A model generated the notes under the pieces. That model was not told the origin of the DNA, did no database searches, and saw only the letters and a list, made by a program, of their open reading frames with translations. Source: Ptychomitrium polyphyllum (taxonomy: Eukaryota). Taken from it: a stretch of 64,000 nt of DNA. The position numbers were made by a program, and so were the translations under genes. Where the stretch lies: the NCBI GenBank assembly GCA_973851085.1, contig OZ316776.1, positions 13,516,001-13,580,000 on the forward strand, in the 5' to 3' direction. Of this stretch, positions 41,882 to 55,096 are shown one piece after another (within the stretch, counting starts at the first letter, position 1; every line of letters starts with the position of its first letter).

Positions 41882-44800
41882 TATTACTCACATACATTAT
41901 GCAGTATAGCCTTTAGAACCTCTTAGAACCTTCTAATATATTAGAATAGCTTTTTATTATCCTTTCAATGTTTCTGTAACCGTTTATATCTACTTTGGAA
42001 AACTTCCTAGGAATGTTCTACCACCTTAAGAAACTTCCAAGGCTGGTTTCAACTCCTTGGATGCTTCTAAGGATGGTTCCACCATCTTGAAAAAATTTCA
42101 ATGAAGTTTCCATTTCCTTGAAAGCTTCATAGTTAGGATCTACCAACTTGAAAAACTTTATAAGAAGGTTCTATAGGCTTCTGGAACATTCTTAAGCCTT
42201 GTAAAAAGTTCTTGTAAGAGTTACCTAGGAAATATAAGTGTTATAGTGTAAATAAGAGGCAAGACAAAGTATTCCTTACTCTTGACGATACAAATTGTGG
42301 ATCATATTGTATTATGCCTTGTTTGAGTCTTTGTAAACATTTCTTGTTAATCATAAGCTTTTAAGAAGCTAATTCTAAGAAAGCGCTTCGATTCTGTAAC
42401 TTGATTCTTGTGTCTTTAACAGTTTGGCAAGACTATTCTTCAACTTTGTTAGAGTTTAGTTTCTTTGAAGAAGATAGTGGATTATCTATCTTCTTAAGGA
42501 TCTTATATCATCTTAGAGGTTTTCGACTATCCTCCCCTAAGCTGACACCATAAAATTGGTTTATTCTTTTAAAAGCAAGTGGTACTTTTTCTTAAGAAGG
42601 ATCGATCTTTCAAAGGACGTAGATTACCTTCTTTTGACGATATTCATAGTCATCTTGTATCTCAAAGTGTCAAGTATGGATAATATGCAAGAAACATTAC
42701 AAAATAGATTTGCAACTACTGCAAACCTTTATATGTTATTAAACACAATTCAAACAAAACTTACTCGCTTCAACACCACCAATAATCTAAAGTAGCACAC
42801 TCGGCAAGCTGAAGAATCTAATGGCAATATTCAAAGTCTATATCAAGAAGTTGTTTGATTGCAAGAGGCCAATATTGGAAAAGAAGGCTTACGTTGAAAC
42901 CATGCAGAGCCAAAGATTATTATACCAGACAAGTTTGATGGATCAAAATCAAAATTGAAAAGCTTTACTTAACAAGTAAGGCTCTTCTTTAATTTGCATC
43001 AATCTTGCTATTTTGACGGCACTACTCAAGTGGGATTTGAAGCCATTCTTCTATCAAATAATGCAATATTGTGGTTTGTGCCATTAATAGAAAAATAATC
43101 ACCATTATTGAAAAAACTAGATGCTTTCATAGAAGCGGTAACATATGTCTTTGGAGACATTAGTTGAGAGTGGGTAGCTGAAACAATGATCTAAGGTCTA
43201 TAATAAGGATAGCGCTCGGCTGCTAGATATGCTGCAAAGTTTTGACAACTAGCTTGCGACCTTGATTGGAATGATAAGGCCTTGGTCACATGATATTGAT
43301 GGGGCTTGTGAGAAAATGTGAAGGACTTGTTACTTACAACGCCAAGGGTTGAAACGTTGGATGAATTCCTCACTCAAGTAATAGCATGTGAAATAGACTA
43401 TTTGTAAGGCACCAAAAACAATGCTTGCGATGGCAACCAGTACATCAAGGTATAGCGACCACTTCTTCAAAAGTATTGGAAAACCAACTAGAAGGTCCAG
43501 AACTTATGCAAATTGATTTTGTCTAATTTAGACATTTGACTCCAAAAGAAAAAAAAAGGCGTCAATGAAAAAACTTATGTTTGTATTTTAACAAATCTGC
43601 ATTTAAAGTGCACAATTGCAAAATCAAGGAATCTGCTCTTAAGGTTCAAAATTCAATGGTAGAATTGGAAAATAAGGCTGCCTAGCCACAGTAGGAAGTA
43701 TGCAATTAGACACCACAAGAAAACAAGTATGAAATCAAAGTCTCTTACTACTTTCAACTCCTACCTCTTACTTTATATTTTCTATCAAAATTCAATTATT
43801 AGATGATGAAATAATTAGTGAAGCTCTTTTAGACACTGATGCAACGACATGCTTCATGAATAAGGATTTTGCCATCAACCACCACATGGTACTTGTGAAC
43901 AATAAAATATCTTGCATATGTTGAAGTTATTGATGGATGATTACTTACATCTAGCAATGTTATTGAAAAAACTCAATCCTTGGAGGTTGTTTTAAGAGAC
44001 CAAGCATCTAAAATTGTCTTCAACATCATCCAATAACATACAAATCCTATTATCTTGGAACTTCCTTGATTTGAATTACATAATTCAGACATTGATTGGT
44101 ACTCATAAAGTGTGATCTCAAGGAGAAAATGTTAAAGAAGTCTTGGACCATCATTTATTAGAACCAAGGAATTCATAACAGAGGCAAAGGATAAACCAAT
44201 CTATGCCCTTTATTTCATACTAATATCTGGCTCTATAATAGAGAATAATAGAAACATACCTCGTCAATATCAAGATTATAAAGACATTTCTAAGAAGAAA
44301 AATATAGACATTTTAGTAAAGCATTGGCCCTACAATTATACTATTGAGTTGTAGGATGGAGCCGAATTACCTTTTGGACCTATCTATAACCTAGTACAAA
44401 TTGAGTTGACTACCTTGAAAGAACTTCAGATTGATGAAAACCTCAGAAAAGGCTTCATTCAACAATCTAAATCATCTGCTGAAGCAATCATTTTATTTAT
44501 AAAGAAATAAGATGGATCATTACATTTATGCGTGGACTATCGAGGCTTCAATAAAGTAACAAAAAAGAATTGCTATCCATTATTAATAATCTTAGGATTT
44601 CTAGAGCAACTTGGCCAAGCAAAGATATTCATCAAGATTGATTTTAGAGAAGCCTATAATTGTGTACGCATAAAAGGAGACAAATGGAAGACAACTTTTT
44701 GATCTAGGTATAGCTATTGTGAATACAATGTCATGCTTTTTGGCCTTATTAATGCCCTTGCAGTCTTTTAATACGAGATGAATGATATCTTCCATAAACA

Positions 44801-47800
44801 CCTGGACAATTTTATAGTCATTTATTTGGATGACATTTTGATATATTCAAAGGAGGAACAAGACCACAAATGTCATGTATGACTGGTTTTAAAAAAACTA
44901 CGCCAGCCAGTATTTATACCAACTTAAAGAAGCGCCTTTTCCATAAATCTTTGGTTGAATTTATAGGCCATATCGTTTCCAAAGGAGGAATCTACATGGA
45001 TGAAAAGAAAATAAGCACTGTTATGGAGTGAAATACATCAAGATCAATTCGAGATGTTCAATGTTTTTTGGGATTTGCAAACTTCTATAGGATACTCATT
45101 AAGGGCTATTTTAAGATTGCAGCATCATTGGCACAACTTACGGGGAAGCAAAAATTCATTTGGAATAAAAAAGCGGAAAAAACATTTCAAGGTCTTAAGA
45201 AGTCATTCATATTTGCTCCAATTCTTATTCATCCAAATATGTCAAAACCTTTCTATTTGGAAGCGAATGCCTGAAATTTTGTGCTTGATTAGTACTTTCA
45301 TAATATGATGAAGACAGAAGACTCCACCTTATTGTCTTTTGTTCAAGGAAGTTCTCAATGGCAAAGATCAACTATGATATATGTGATAAGGAATTACTTG
45401 CAACAATGAATGCATTTGAGGAATGGCGGCACTTATTGAAAAGAGCTTGTTATACCATCACAATATATATAGACCATAAGAACTTGGAGTATTTCATTAG
45501 TGCGCATATTCTGAATTATTGCCAAGTAAGGTGTAGTATGTTGCTTTCTAGATTGGACTTTATTACTGCCTATGGACTTGATAGCCTATATGGTGAATCA
45601 GATGCCTTTTCTCTAAGACCTTATTTGGTTTCCAAACTTAAATATCATGATTTATATCAATAAATAATTATTTTATTGAAGCTACAAAATCCTCAACTGA
45701 AAGCAGCAATTATTACAACCACACCCCATCTTGATAAAAATTGGAGGACGTTGAAGAATAATGTCTTTATTTCAAACATGAGGAAGCTCCTCAAAAACAA
45801 TGGAAATCCTTTAAATAGCAATGAAGACTTTAATTTCCAAGACGTCCTACTTTATTTTAAAGGACTTTTGAAGCTATGTTTAAGCCCTTTGCAATTGAAG
45901 ATCCTTCAAGCATGTCATGATTTTCTAACAACACGGCATTTTTGATTCAATAAACAATGGAGTTGATTACTAGAGATTATTGATGGCCGCAAATGTTGCA
46001 ATCCTTGTAATGCATGTTAACAAACGTCACGCGCGTCAATCTTGTACTCTCCCACATGCACATGGTTAACCCCAATTTTCACTCTCCAAGTCTCTCTACC
46101 ATTTCTCTCAGGACACCCAATTGATTGGTAGCCAATGGTTGGGTGTAGACTTCCATTCATGTCCAAGGCCTCACTTGGTGTTACTTCCATTCCACACGGC
46201 CTAACCGCACTTACTGCTGTTTCCTCACCACCACTCATGATCCCCATGCAATCATAAATTCAACCCGGGCCATCATGGTGCCGATTTGAAGACACCACCC
46301 CAACTTAGTGGTAACAAGCGTGCCTTTTTGAACTTACTAGTTTCCTTTGTGAAACCGGTCGCCTACTGGTTGACAATGGTGTGGGAGTCCCCGTGGTGAA
46401 GCCCCAACACTAGATCCACCAATCGGAACTTACCCTTAATTCCTACCACGCCACTAGGAGAGTGTGGAGGAGGACCAGCCTTCCTCTATAGTACTCTCTG
46501 TGGGATTTGGCAGGCCCTCTGGCCCTCTATAGCTGGCTGAACCTCGGCACACCCAAAACTTTGGAAGACCACTCGATCTTCCTTGGGACTTAGCCGCTGG
46601 AAGCCTCCGGGACTTCCTACGGACCTTCAAGGAGTCATATCATCTACGTTTTGTGTCCAAATCTATCAAGCAATTACTCTATTGTCATCTACTCTTTGCG
46701 TAAATGCCAATAGACTCCTCAAACGTCCGATTTGAATTAGTACTCTAGGAGATATGCCTCTCATAAGATTTGAGACTCCCAAGGAGTCTGTTCCTGGACA
46801 GTCCCAGTCCCATATAGTCACTGCCTAGGACTGCCACAGTCCAGAATAGCTCCTTGGCAGCCCCAACTTTGGGATGCCATATCTTTTAGCTCCCTTGTCT
46901 AATTTGAACAATCTTTAGTAATCTAGAATTAACTCTTTGTGAGTCCTTCAATGTCCACGATTTATTCCTTGTGGCCCTCGGTCTACATGTGCAAGGATAT
47001 ATCTCCCTCTCGAGGTCCTTCCCACGCTAGCTCCACTCGGTTCTCCTTACTATCGGCGCTACAAGTCCTGGACATCACTCTGGAGTCCCCATTGTGCCAT
47101 TAGTGTTGTGGGCACTCCTGAAAGAGAGGTGCACGATAATAAATGTGGAAATATGTAAAGGACTTTGTTCGATTATTTAACACTTGTGCAAGGGCCAAGG
47201 TACCAAATTACTAACTTCATGGTCTCTTCCATCTACTTCTAGTGTAAAAAGTCCCATGGTTGTCATTATCAATGGATTTTATCACGGACTTTCCAATTTC
47301 CAATTCTAAGGAATTTCTTTTGGTAGTAGTAAATTGGTTTACTAGGATGGGACATTACATTCCATGCAAGAAGACGGTAATGGGACAAGAAACTGTCAAA
47401 TTATTCTTAAATCACATCTGCCGCATACATAGACTACCAAATGATATTATATCCAATCAAATGCTACAATTCATTTCCAACTTTTAGAGGGCTTTCTTCT
47501 AGCTGTTGCACATAAAGATCAACCTTCTTCAGCATACCATCTACAGACTGATGGTCAAACCAAACGTGTAAATTAGATATTGAAGTATTACCTTTGTTGT
47601 AGCATAAACTACCACAAAGATAACTGGATGGACCTCTTACCTTTGGCACAATTAGTTTACAACAATAGGATGCATAATCCACAACTCAAAGTTCATACTT
47701 TGTAAACTATGGCCATCATTTTCAAACACTCCCATTTCAAGTCAAGCATATTAGAAGTCTTGTAGCAGAGGATTTTACAATTCAACTTGTTAAAATCCAC

Positions 47801-49442
47801 CAAGAACTTACTTTCAAGTTACAACAATTTCAAGATTGTTACAAAACTTATGGAAACCGTCATCGAAAGGACCATCCAAAGCTCAAGATTAGAAGTAGCG
47901 TATGGCTTTTACAACAAAACATACAAACAAATAGAACGTCAAAGAAGCTGGACTATTAAAGGCTAGGACCGTTTCAAATTAGTAAACACACAAATTCAAT
48001 CAGTTATCGCCTTAAGCTACCACTAATTATGCAAATTCATCTAGTGTTCGACATATTGTTGTTGAAAAGCTATAACAAGTGATGTATACTAAACAAGATT
48101 GTTCCTTTGCCTCCTCTGCTAGTAATCAATAATGAAATGGAGTATGAAGTTGAAAAAATCTTAGATGCATGCATAAAAAATGGACGTGTGTAGTAATTTA
48201 TACATTGAAAAGAATATGGCTTCAATGACCAAATTGAGAATCTTTGATGAACGTAACAAATGCATTTAAAAAAGTAAGCAAATTTCATCAAAGATATCCT
48301 CAGAAACTAGACTAGTGATGTATTATGAGTAGCTGTTAGCTTCACAGAGAAGTTTTTCCCATAGACAAGTATAAGAAGGAAAGAAAGATATCCAAAACTT
48401 TAGTTGTATGCAACATTACTTATAAAATAGATCATCTCTAGATCCTAGCAAATATGTAAAATCTTTGTGTTATTATAGACTTGCTTAAAGAATAGCCGGC
48501 CATGCCTTCTTCAACAACAACATCTGTTGAGCCAATTCAACTTTCTCAACCTTTAGTAATAGAGAATTTAAGCCAAGATATAAGAGAGACATTTCAATGT
48601 CAAGTACGTCATTGAGTAGAAGTGTGGCTAGCCGTCCTTCATATTATAATCTTGATTAAGGTGCTCACGCTCTAGCCATCTTGTTAAAAGTTGGAAGAGT
48701 CACTCTTGGAGGATCCAAGATCCTGTTTGGAGGATGTTTTGAAGGATTTAATCAAGATTAAATCATAGGCTGGAACATTTCAATAATGGAAGTCTTGATT
48801 AGTGGTCATCAGAGCTTTTTGCAAGGACCAGTTGAAGCTAAGGGCAAAGAACAACGAGCTGAATGTTTTGTTACTTCTTCAATAAATTTTGGAATTTGTA
48901 GAGATGTGATGAATAAGCTACAAGAAGAGCTTCTCATGGGACTTATTGCTAAATGGAGTGGTGATGTTTTGGACATAGATCATGCAACATAGTCTTTAGA
49001 ACCTTTTAGAACCTTCTAGTATATTATAGTAGTTTCTTAGAATACTTTCAAAGTCTCCATAGCCGTTTCTACCTCGTTGGAAATTCCCTAGGATGATTCT
49101 ACTACCCTAAGATACTTTGAGGGATGGTTCCTTTCCTTAGAAGCTTTTTAGGACGGTTTTGATATCTTACAAAATCTATTGGGAAGATTCTATAGACTTC
49201 TTAAACAATTTCAAGCCTTATAAGAAATTTCTTTAGAAATATCCTAGGAGACATAAGCATCTTAGTATAAATAGGAGGCAAGAAAAGGTATACCATAGTC
49301 TTGCCATCATAAATGGTGGATTATATATCTTATTTTGTTTTGCTCTAGTCTTTGTATGCATTTCTTTTTAGTCATTAATTCTTTGAATGCTAATCCTTGA
49401 AAAATTCTTTGTTTGTGTTTTTTGTTGTTTATAGTTCTAACA
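41882..49442 (+). mobile_element. Gypsy chromovirus element C (family BCG), near full-length and heavily decayed. 5' LTR ~41882-42421, 3' LTR 48965-49442. Interrupted by a solo LTR at 45994-47138
   Basis: gag (MDNMQETLQNRFATT; PDKFDG), protease, RT, RNase H, integrase and chromodomain remnants colinear with G and B. PPT AAATGGAGTGGTGA before 48965. No convincing TSD, and the 5' boundary is approximate. Confidence 0.85.
45994..47138 (-). mobile_element. Solo LTR of Gypsy family D inserted in the integrase of element C
   Basis: TGTTGCAATCC...GTGCACGATA interrupts the WWPQ|MWK coding sequence. Flanks GCAAA/ATAAA are consistent with a decayed ACAAA TSD. Confidence 0.88.
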
Positions 49443-50326
49443 CTTAGAAGAGAGGTTTAAAAGACGTATAATTTGCCTTTCTTGTTGTAAAGATACGCCA
49501 TGATTTTGGAAATAGAAAGGTTGTTGTATTATTATATACTTTCTTATGCAATGCATATTAACGTGGTTATAATATTTTGTTCTTGGTTTATTGCAATAGA
49601 CAAGGCTTTTGTTTTGCAACTCTCTTTTAGGAGTGCCCAAAAAACTAAGGGTACAAAGGAGACCCCGGAGTGACGTCCGGGACTTGTGGCGCTGATAGTG
49701 AAAGGAACCGAGTGGGCCTAGCATGGAAAGGACTCCGAAGGGATGAAACATCCTTGCCTGTGTATACCGAGGGCCACAAGGGATAAATTGTAGGCATTGG
49801 AAGAATCACAAAGAGCTGATTCTAGAATGCTAAAGACTGCTCAAATCGGACAAAGGAGCTAAAAGATATGGCATCCCAAAGTTGGGATTGCCAAGGGGCT
49901 GTTCTGGACTGTGGCAGCTGTTGGATATTAGAGTTGCTTGTAGTATTTACGATGGTGTAAATAGTATTGTATTGTGGTAGATATAGAAGGAGAAAAAATG
50001 GGGAGAAAAGGAGGAGAGGTGAAAGCCACTTAAGAGGTACATATATAGTACACGGTCAACGTGGTAGGACCAACCCACATGTCTTGCATGGGAAGGCAAG
50101 GACAAATGGATGTATGAGTTGGCATAAAGGAATTTGCAAGTGGTTTTGGAAAGCTACTTGCAAGATACTTGAGAAGGACCTTAAAAGATGCTTGAGATGT
50201 CACTACGTGGTAGTATAAGTAAAGCCCTTCGAGAGAAGGCAACATCCCACTCTAAGCATTGTTGGTACTACTTTGTGTGGTTATATACTTGTGGAATCTT
50301 CTTCTCTACTTCTAGTGACTTCTATA

Positions 50327-50339
50327 GGTTATGGGCCCA
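50327..50339 (+). promoter_or_regulatory. Primer-binding site GGTTATGGGCCCA (internal/half initiator tRNA-Met type)
   Basis: Lies immediately after the 5' LTR, lacks the TGG of a 3'-CCA PBS, and matches the recalled copia/Ty5-type PBS. Confidence 0.75.
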
Positions 50340-50394
50340 CTCATGTGAGTTGCGAGTGTAGAGTTTTTTGTTGCAAAGCTGTTTGGAGGTGGTC

Positions 50395-50600
50395 TTTTGA
50401 AGGTTCGAGGTGCACAAGGGCCAATTTGGAGCTTTGGAGGTGCACAAGGGCTGATTTGAAGCATTGGAGGTGCACAAGGGCTGATTTTAGAGCTTTCAAG
50501 GTGCACAAAGACTCATTTGGAGTTTTGATGAGCACAAGCGTTGCTTTGGAGCTGTGGAGGTGCATTGGAGAATTGGAGACGGCTTGAAAAGGCACAAGGA
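50395..50600 (+). repeat. Degenerate ~30-bp tandem repeats (GGAGGTGCACAAGGGCTGATTT...) in the Copia 5' UTR
   Basis: GGTGCACAA recurs with ~30-nt period at ~50409, 50439, 50469 and 50499, with weaker copies after. Confidence 0.8.
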
Positions 50601-51069
50601 GTTGGAAGAGCGGAGGTAGAGTACATCAATACTTTTGGACCTTGTAAGTGTTCAATCCAAGTGGATGTGTTCAATTGCTCTTCAAAGGTGCTGATTTGAG
50701 TGGTTGATGTGCTTAGATGCACATTGGAGTCTAGGTGGAACTCTTTTGATGTTGTTCAAGTTCATATTTGCACGTATGAGCAAAGAAGGGGCTGATTTGA
50801 TTGAATGAGGTGCAAAGGTGTGCATTTGAGTCTAGAAGGAGTGGATTTGAGTGTTTGAGTTGTACCTTTGATCATTTGAGCTTAGAAGAGACTCATTTGA
50901 GAAACTTGAGTGAATACTTGCACATCAAAGCCTTGTAGGAGTTGATGTGAGTATTGTAGGTGCTTGCAAGCACGTTGGAGCCTAGAAAAAGGCTCAAGTT
51001 GAGTGATTGTGGTGCCTTAGTGCACAATCAAACCTTGGAGGGGTTGATCTTGGCCATTAAAACGTTGTT

Positions 51070-54000
51070 ATGGCCACATTTGAGAGTGAGAGTGCTAGGA
51101 GCATTGACAAGTTCAATGGGAAAAACTTTGGCCTTTGGAAGTTCCGCTTGGAGATGGTCTTGTTGTCCATGGACCTTTGGGATATCGTGGAGGAGATTGA
51201 GGAACCCCCCGCAAGTGATGAAGATCCAAAGGTGATAAAGGAGTACAATTATTGCGCGAAGAAGGCCTTATCCGTCATTGGATTGAGTTTGGTGAATGCC
51301 CAACTTGCGCATATCAAGAGTTGCAAAGGACCAGCAAAAGCATGGAAAGCATTGTGCAACATCCATGAAACAAAGAGCTTGTCCAACGTCCTCTTTGTTC
51401 GCCGCAAGTTCTTCACTATCAAGATGCAAGAAGGTGATGACTTGATGGACCACATCAACCATGTAAGAGAGCTTGCGGATCAGCTCCCATCCTTTGAGGT
51501 CCCCGTGAGAGAAGAAGATGTAGTGATGACGTTGCTTGAGAGTTTGCCGCCGTCATTTGAGAATTTAATCATTGCCTTGGAGACGTTATGATTGAAGGAC
51601 CTCACTTTGGAGTTTGTAATGGCAAGAATGATGCATGAAGTGAACAAGCGTAAGGAGAAGGAGAGCCATGGCGATGATGCGGTCTTGTATTCAAAAAAAA
51701 CCAAGGGGGGCAGCTCATCTTCACGTGGAGAATCAAGGTTGTGTTACAATTGTGGCAAGCCGGGCCACCTTGTACGAAATTGCACCAAACCAAAGAAGTG
51801 GGAGCGCGACAACGCAAACCAAGCAAAGCACAAAGAGAATGCCAACCATGCAAAGGAGGATGATGACTACGCCTTTGCTACTCAAGATGGTCCTCATTCC
51901 AAGTCCACGTCCAAGTGGATCATGGATTCGGGCGCCACAAAGCACATGACACCTCATAGGGTGACATTCGACACATATGAGGTAATTAGTCCACGCAACG
52001 TGCATTTGGATGATGATAGTGTTGTGGACGCCATTGGAGTAGGTTCCATTGTTGTGGAAGTCTTTGTGAGAGGCCATTCAAAGAAGGTCACAATCAAGGA
52101 CGTCCTCCACGTGCCCAAGTTGCAAGCAAACTTGCTCTCGGTGAGCAAGCTTGTGTCAAGTAGGTTGAAGGTGCAATTCAATGTGTATGGATGCACATTG
52201 AGGGCACCAAATGGTGATGTACTTGCGGTAGCCCCTCGTCAAGACAACTTGTACCAAGTCACCTTTAGGAAGGTGCATGAGGCGGATGCGGCCAACATAG
52301 CACAATCGTCAACAACGAGTGGTGCGATGGAGCTTTGGCATTGCCAACTTGGTCATTTGAATGTGAGAAGTGTGCGTTTTCGTGCAAGCATGGTAAGCAG
52401 CATGATCCTTGGTAAGGATGAATCATCTATACCGTTTTGTGAAGGGTGTGTGCAAGGCAAACAACGTAGAGCACCATTTCCAAAAGATGGAGGCACGCAT
52501 GCTATAAAACCTTTGGAGATTGTGCATTTGGATGTGTGTGGCTCGATGAGGACCACCTCCATTGGTGGTGCAAGGTACTTTGTGACCTTCATTGATGACT
52601 TTTGGAGGAGGGTGTGTTTGTACACATTGAAGACAAAGGGGGAGTGCCTTGAGAAGTTTAAGGAGTTCAAGGCACTTGCGGAGACACAATCAGAGCACAA
52701 GATCAAGGCATTCCAGTGGGACAATGGTGGGAAGTTCTTATTCAAGGCCCTTCGACGCTTCTTGAAGAACCACGGCATCGAGAGGCAACCATCGACACCT
52801 TATACGCCAGAACAAAACGGAGTGGCGGAGCGTGCGAATCGCACCATTGTAGAGATGGCAAGAAGCATGATTCATGCTCAACGCCTCAAGCTCTCGTTTT
52901 GGGCGGAAGCAGTGTCCAATGTGGTATACATTTGTAATTGGTGTCCTATAAGGGCGCTTGTCACCGTTACACCACAAGAGGCTTGGAATGGCCGCAAGCC
53001 ATGCGTTGCACATATGCGCGTGTTTGGTTGCATTGCATTTGCAAAGGTGCCAGATGCAAAGAAGGATAAGCTTGATGCTAAAGGAACCAAGTGTTTATTT
53101 CTTGGATATTGCGAGGGAACCAAGGCATATTGCTTCATGTGTGTTGAAACACGGAAGATCATTAGGAGTCGTGATGTAATGTTTGATGAGGATAGCACTA
53201 GCGTTGGTCATGGTTGAAGATGAGTCCAAGTGAGAGTAGTGAGACGCCTTCATTGGTTTTGGTGGACAAATCTTCCAAACCAACTCCTTCACACAAGAGT
53301 GATGATGATACCAAGAAGGAAGAGTTGGTGGACAACGAACAAGATGTAGCACTTTCACCAACATCCACACAAAGTGAAGGCCTAGAGGTCGAATCCAGAC
53401 AAGAACCTCGATACCCAACGAGGGAACCACGTCCACCTGGAGAGTGGTGGAAGAACCACATCTTGCCACAACATGAAGAAGAGCGGGCCAATGTGGCCAC
53501 TCTCGACGATCCATTGAATGTAGGCAAAGCAATGAGATCGGAAGATACAAGCAAGTGGGAGGTGGCCATGCAAGAGGAGTAAGACTCATTCATGGCAAAT
53601 GAGACGTGGGAGTTGGCTCCGCTTCCAAAGGGTCGTAAGAGCGTTGGGTGCAAGTGGGTCTTTCGCACGAAGAAAGACGCTTTGGATGAAGTGGTACGTC
53701 ACAAGGCACGATTGGTGACCAAGGGATTTTTTCAAATTGCGAAAGTCGACTTCCTTGAAACCCTTGCTCCCGTGGCCAAGTTCAATACCATTTGGTGCAT
53801 CTTTGCACTTGGAGTGGCGTTGGATTTGGAGATCCACCAAATGAATGTGAAGACCGCATTCTTGAATGGCGAGTTGGAGGAGGACATTTATATGAGTCAA
53901 CCGCAAGGATTTGAAGAGAAGGGCTTTAAGCATCTTGTGTGCAAGCTCAAGAAGTTGTTGTACGAACTCAAGCAATCACCAAGAGCATGGTACCAACGGA

Positions 54001-55096
54001 TTGATTCCTTCTTCTCCAAGGAGGGCTTCACAAGGAGCGAAGCGGATCATTCCTTGTACATCAAGCAAACGGGTGAATACTTGTTGATAGTGCTCATCTA
54101 TGTGGACGACTTGATCATCTTGGCTAGCCTTTTGGCAAAGTTGGCATGGCTCAAGGCCAAACTCAATGCGGAGTTTATGATGAGTGATCTTGGGGAGTTG
54201 ATGTATTGCTTGGGAGTGGAATTTGAGAGTGATTGCAAAGCACGCACCATCACCATGAGCCAAAGGAAGTACATCAAGGAGGTGCTCAAGCACTTCAATA
54301 TGGAAGAATGCAAGCCCATTGGTACGCCGCTTGATGTCAATGTCAAGTTGTTGAAGCTTTTGGTGGAGGAATTTGAGGCCATCAAAGGTGAGACGGAAGG
54401 CGTGCCATACAAGTCTGATGTTGGCTCATTGATGTATGCCATGGTGGCTACACGAGCTGACCTTGCGTTTGCGGTGAGCATGGTGAGCCAATTCATGTCT
54501 AGGACCGGTCCGGCACATTGGAGTGTGGTGAAGTGCATCATGCGGTACTTGCAAAGTACCATGGACTACAAGTTGTGCCTTGGTGGTAAGGAGCTTGCCT
54601 TGGGGGAGTATTGCGATGCGGATTGGGCCGGAGATGCAAACGAGCGTTGTTCAACAACCAGATACATGATTTTTGTTGGAGTTGGTGCGATCTCATGGAA
54701 TTGTAGGAGGCAACCTACAATTGCGTTATTTACAACAGAGGCGGAGTATATGGCCACTAGCCAAAGCACCAAGGAGGCCATTTGGCTTTGAAAGCTTTTG
54801 GGGGATGTGGGATTTGTGCAAGAAGATGCCACAACCATCATGTGCGACAACCAAGGATGCATTGCACTTGCAAAGAACTTCACACACCACTCACGCACGA
54901 AGCACATCCATGTGCAACACCACTTCATTTGCAAAAAGTTGGAGAGCAGCAAGATAAGCTTGAAGTGTTGCCTGATGGAAGACATGGTTGCTGTGTATTG
55001 ACAAAGGCACTCGCGAAGGATCGACATCAATGGTTGGCAAAGGAAATGGAATTGCGAGAAGGTAAGTACTCACAAAGTGGGAGTGTTGGAGATTAG
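51070..55096 (+). pseudogene. Copia gag-pol polyprotein, disrupted (stops at ~51589, ~53580, ~54789; frameshifts near 53215 and ~54990)
   Basis: ORFs 51070-51591, 51592-53217, 53214-53582, 53592-54791 and 54798-55001 tile one polyprotein. Confidence 0.9.

Noticed and set aside
49998..50006. ATGGGGAGA in the Copia LTR matching the minisatellite unit
   Set aside because: A single 9-mer in a purine-rich tract is expected by chance and is not conserved in the 3' LTR.
51589..51591. TGA between the Copia ORFs as a programmed readthrough site
   Set aside because: It falls inside gag, before the zinc knuckle, and the element has other stops and frameshifts, so decay is the simpler explanation.
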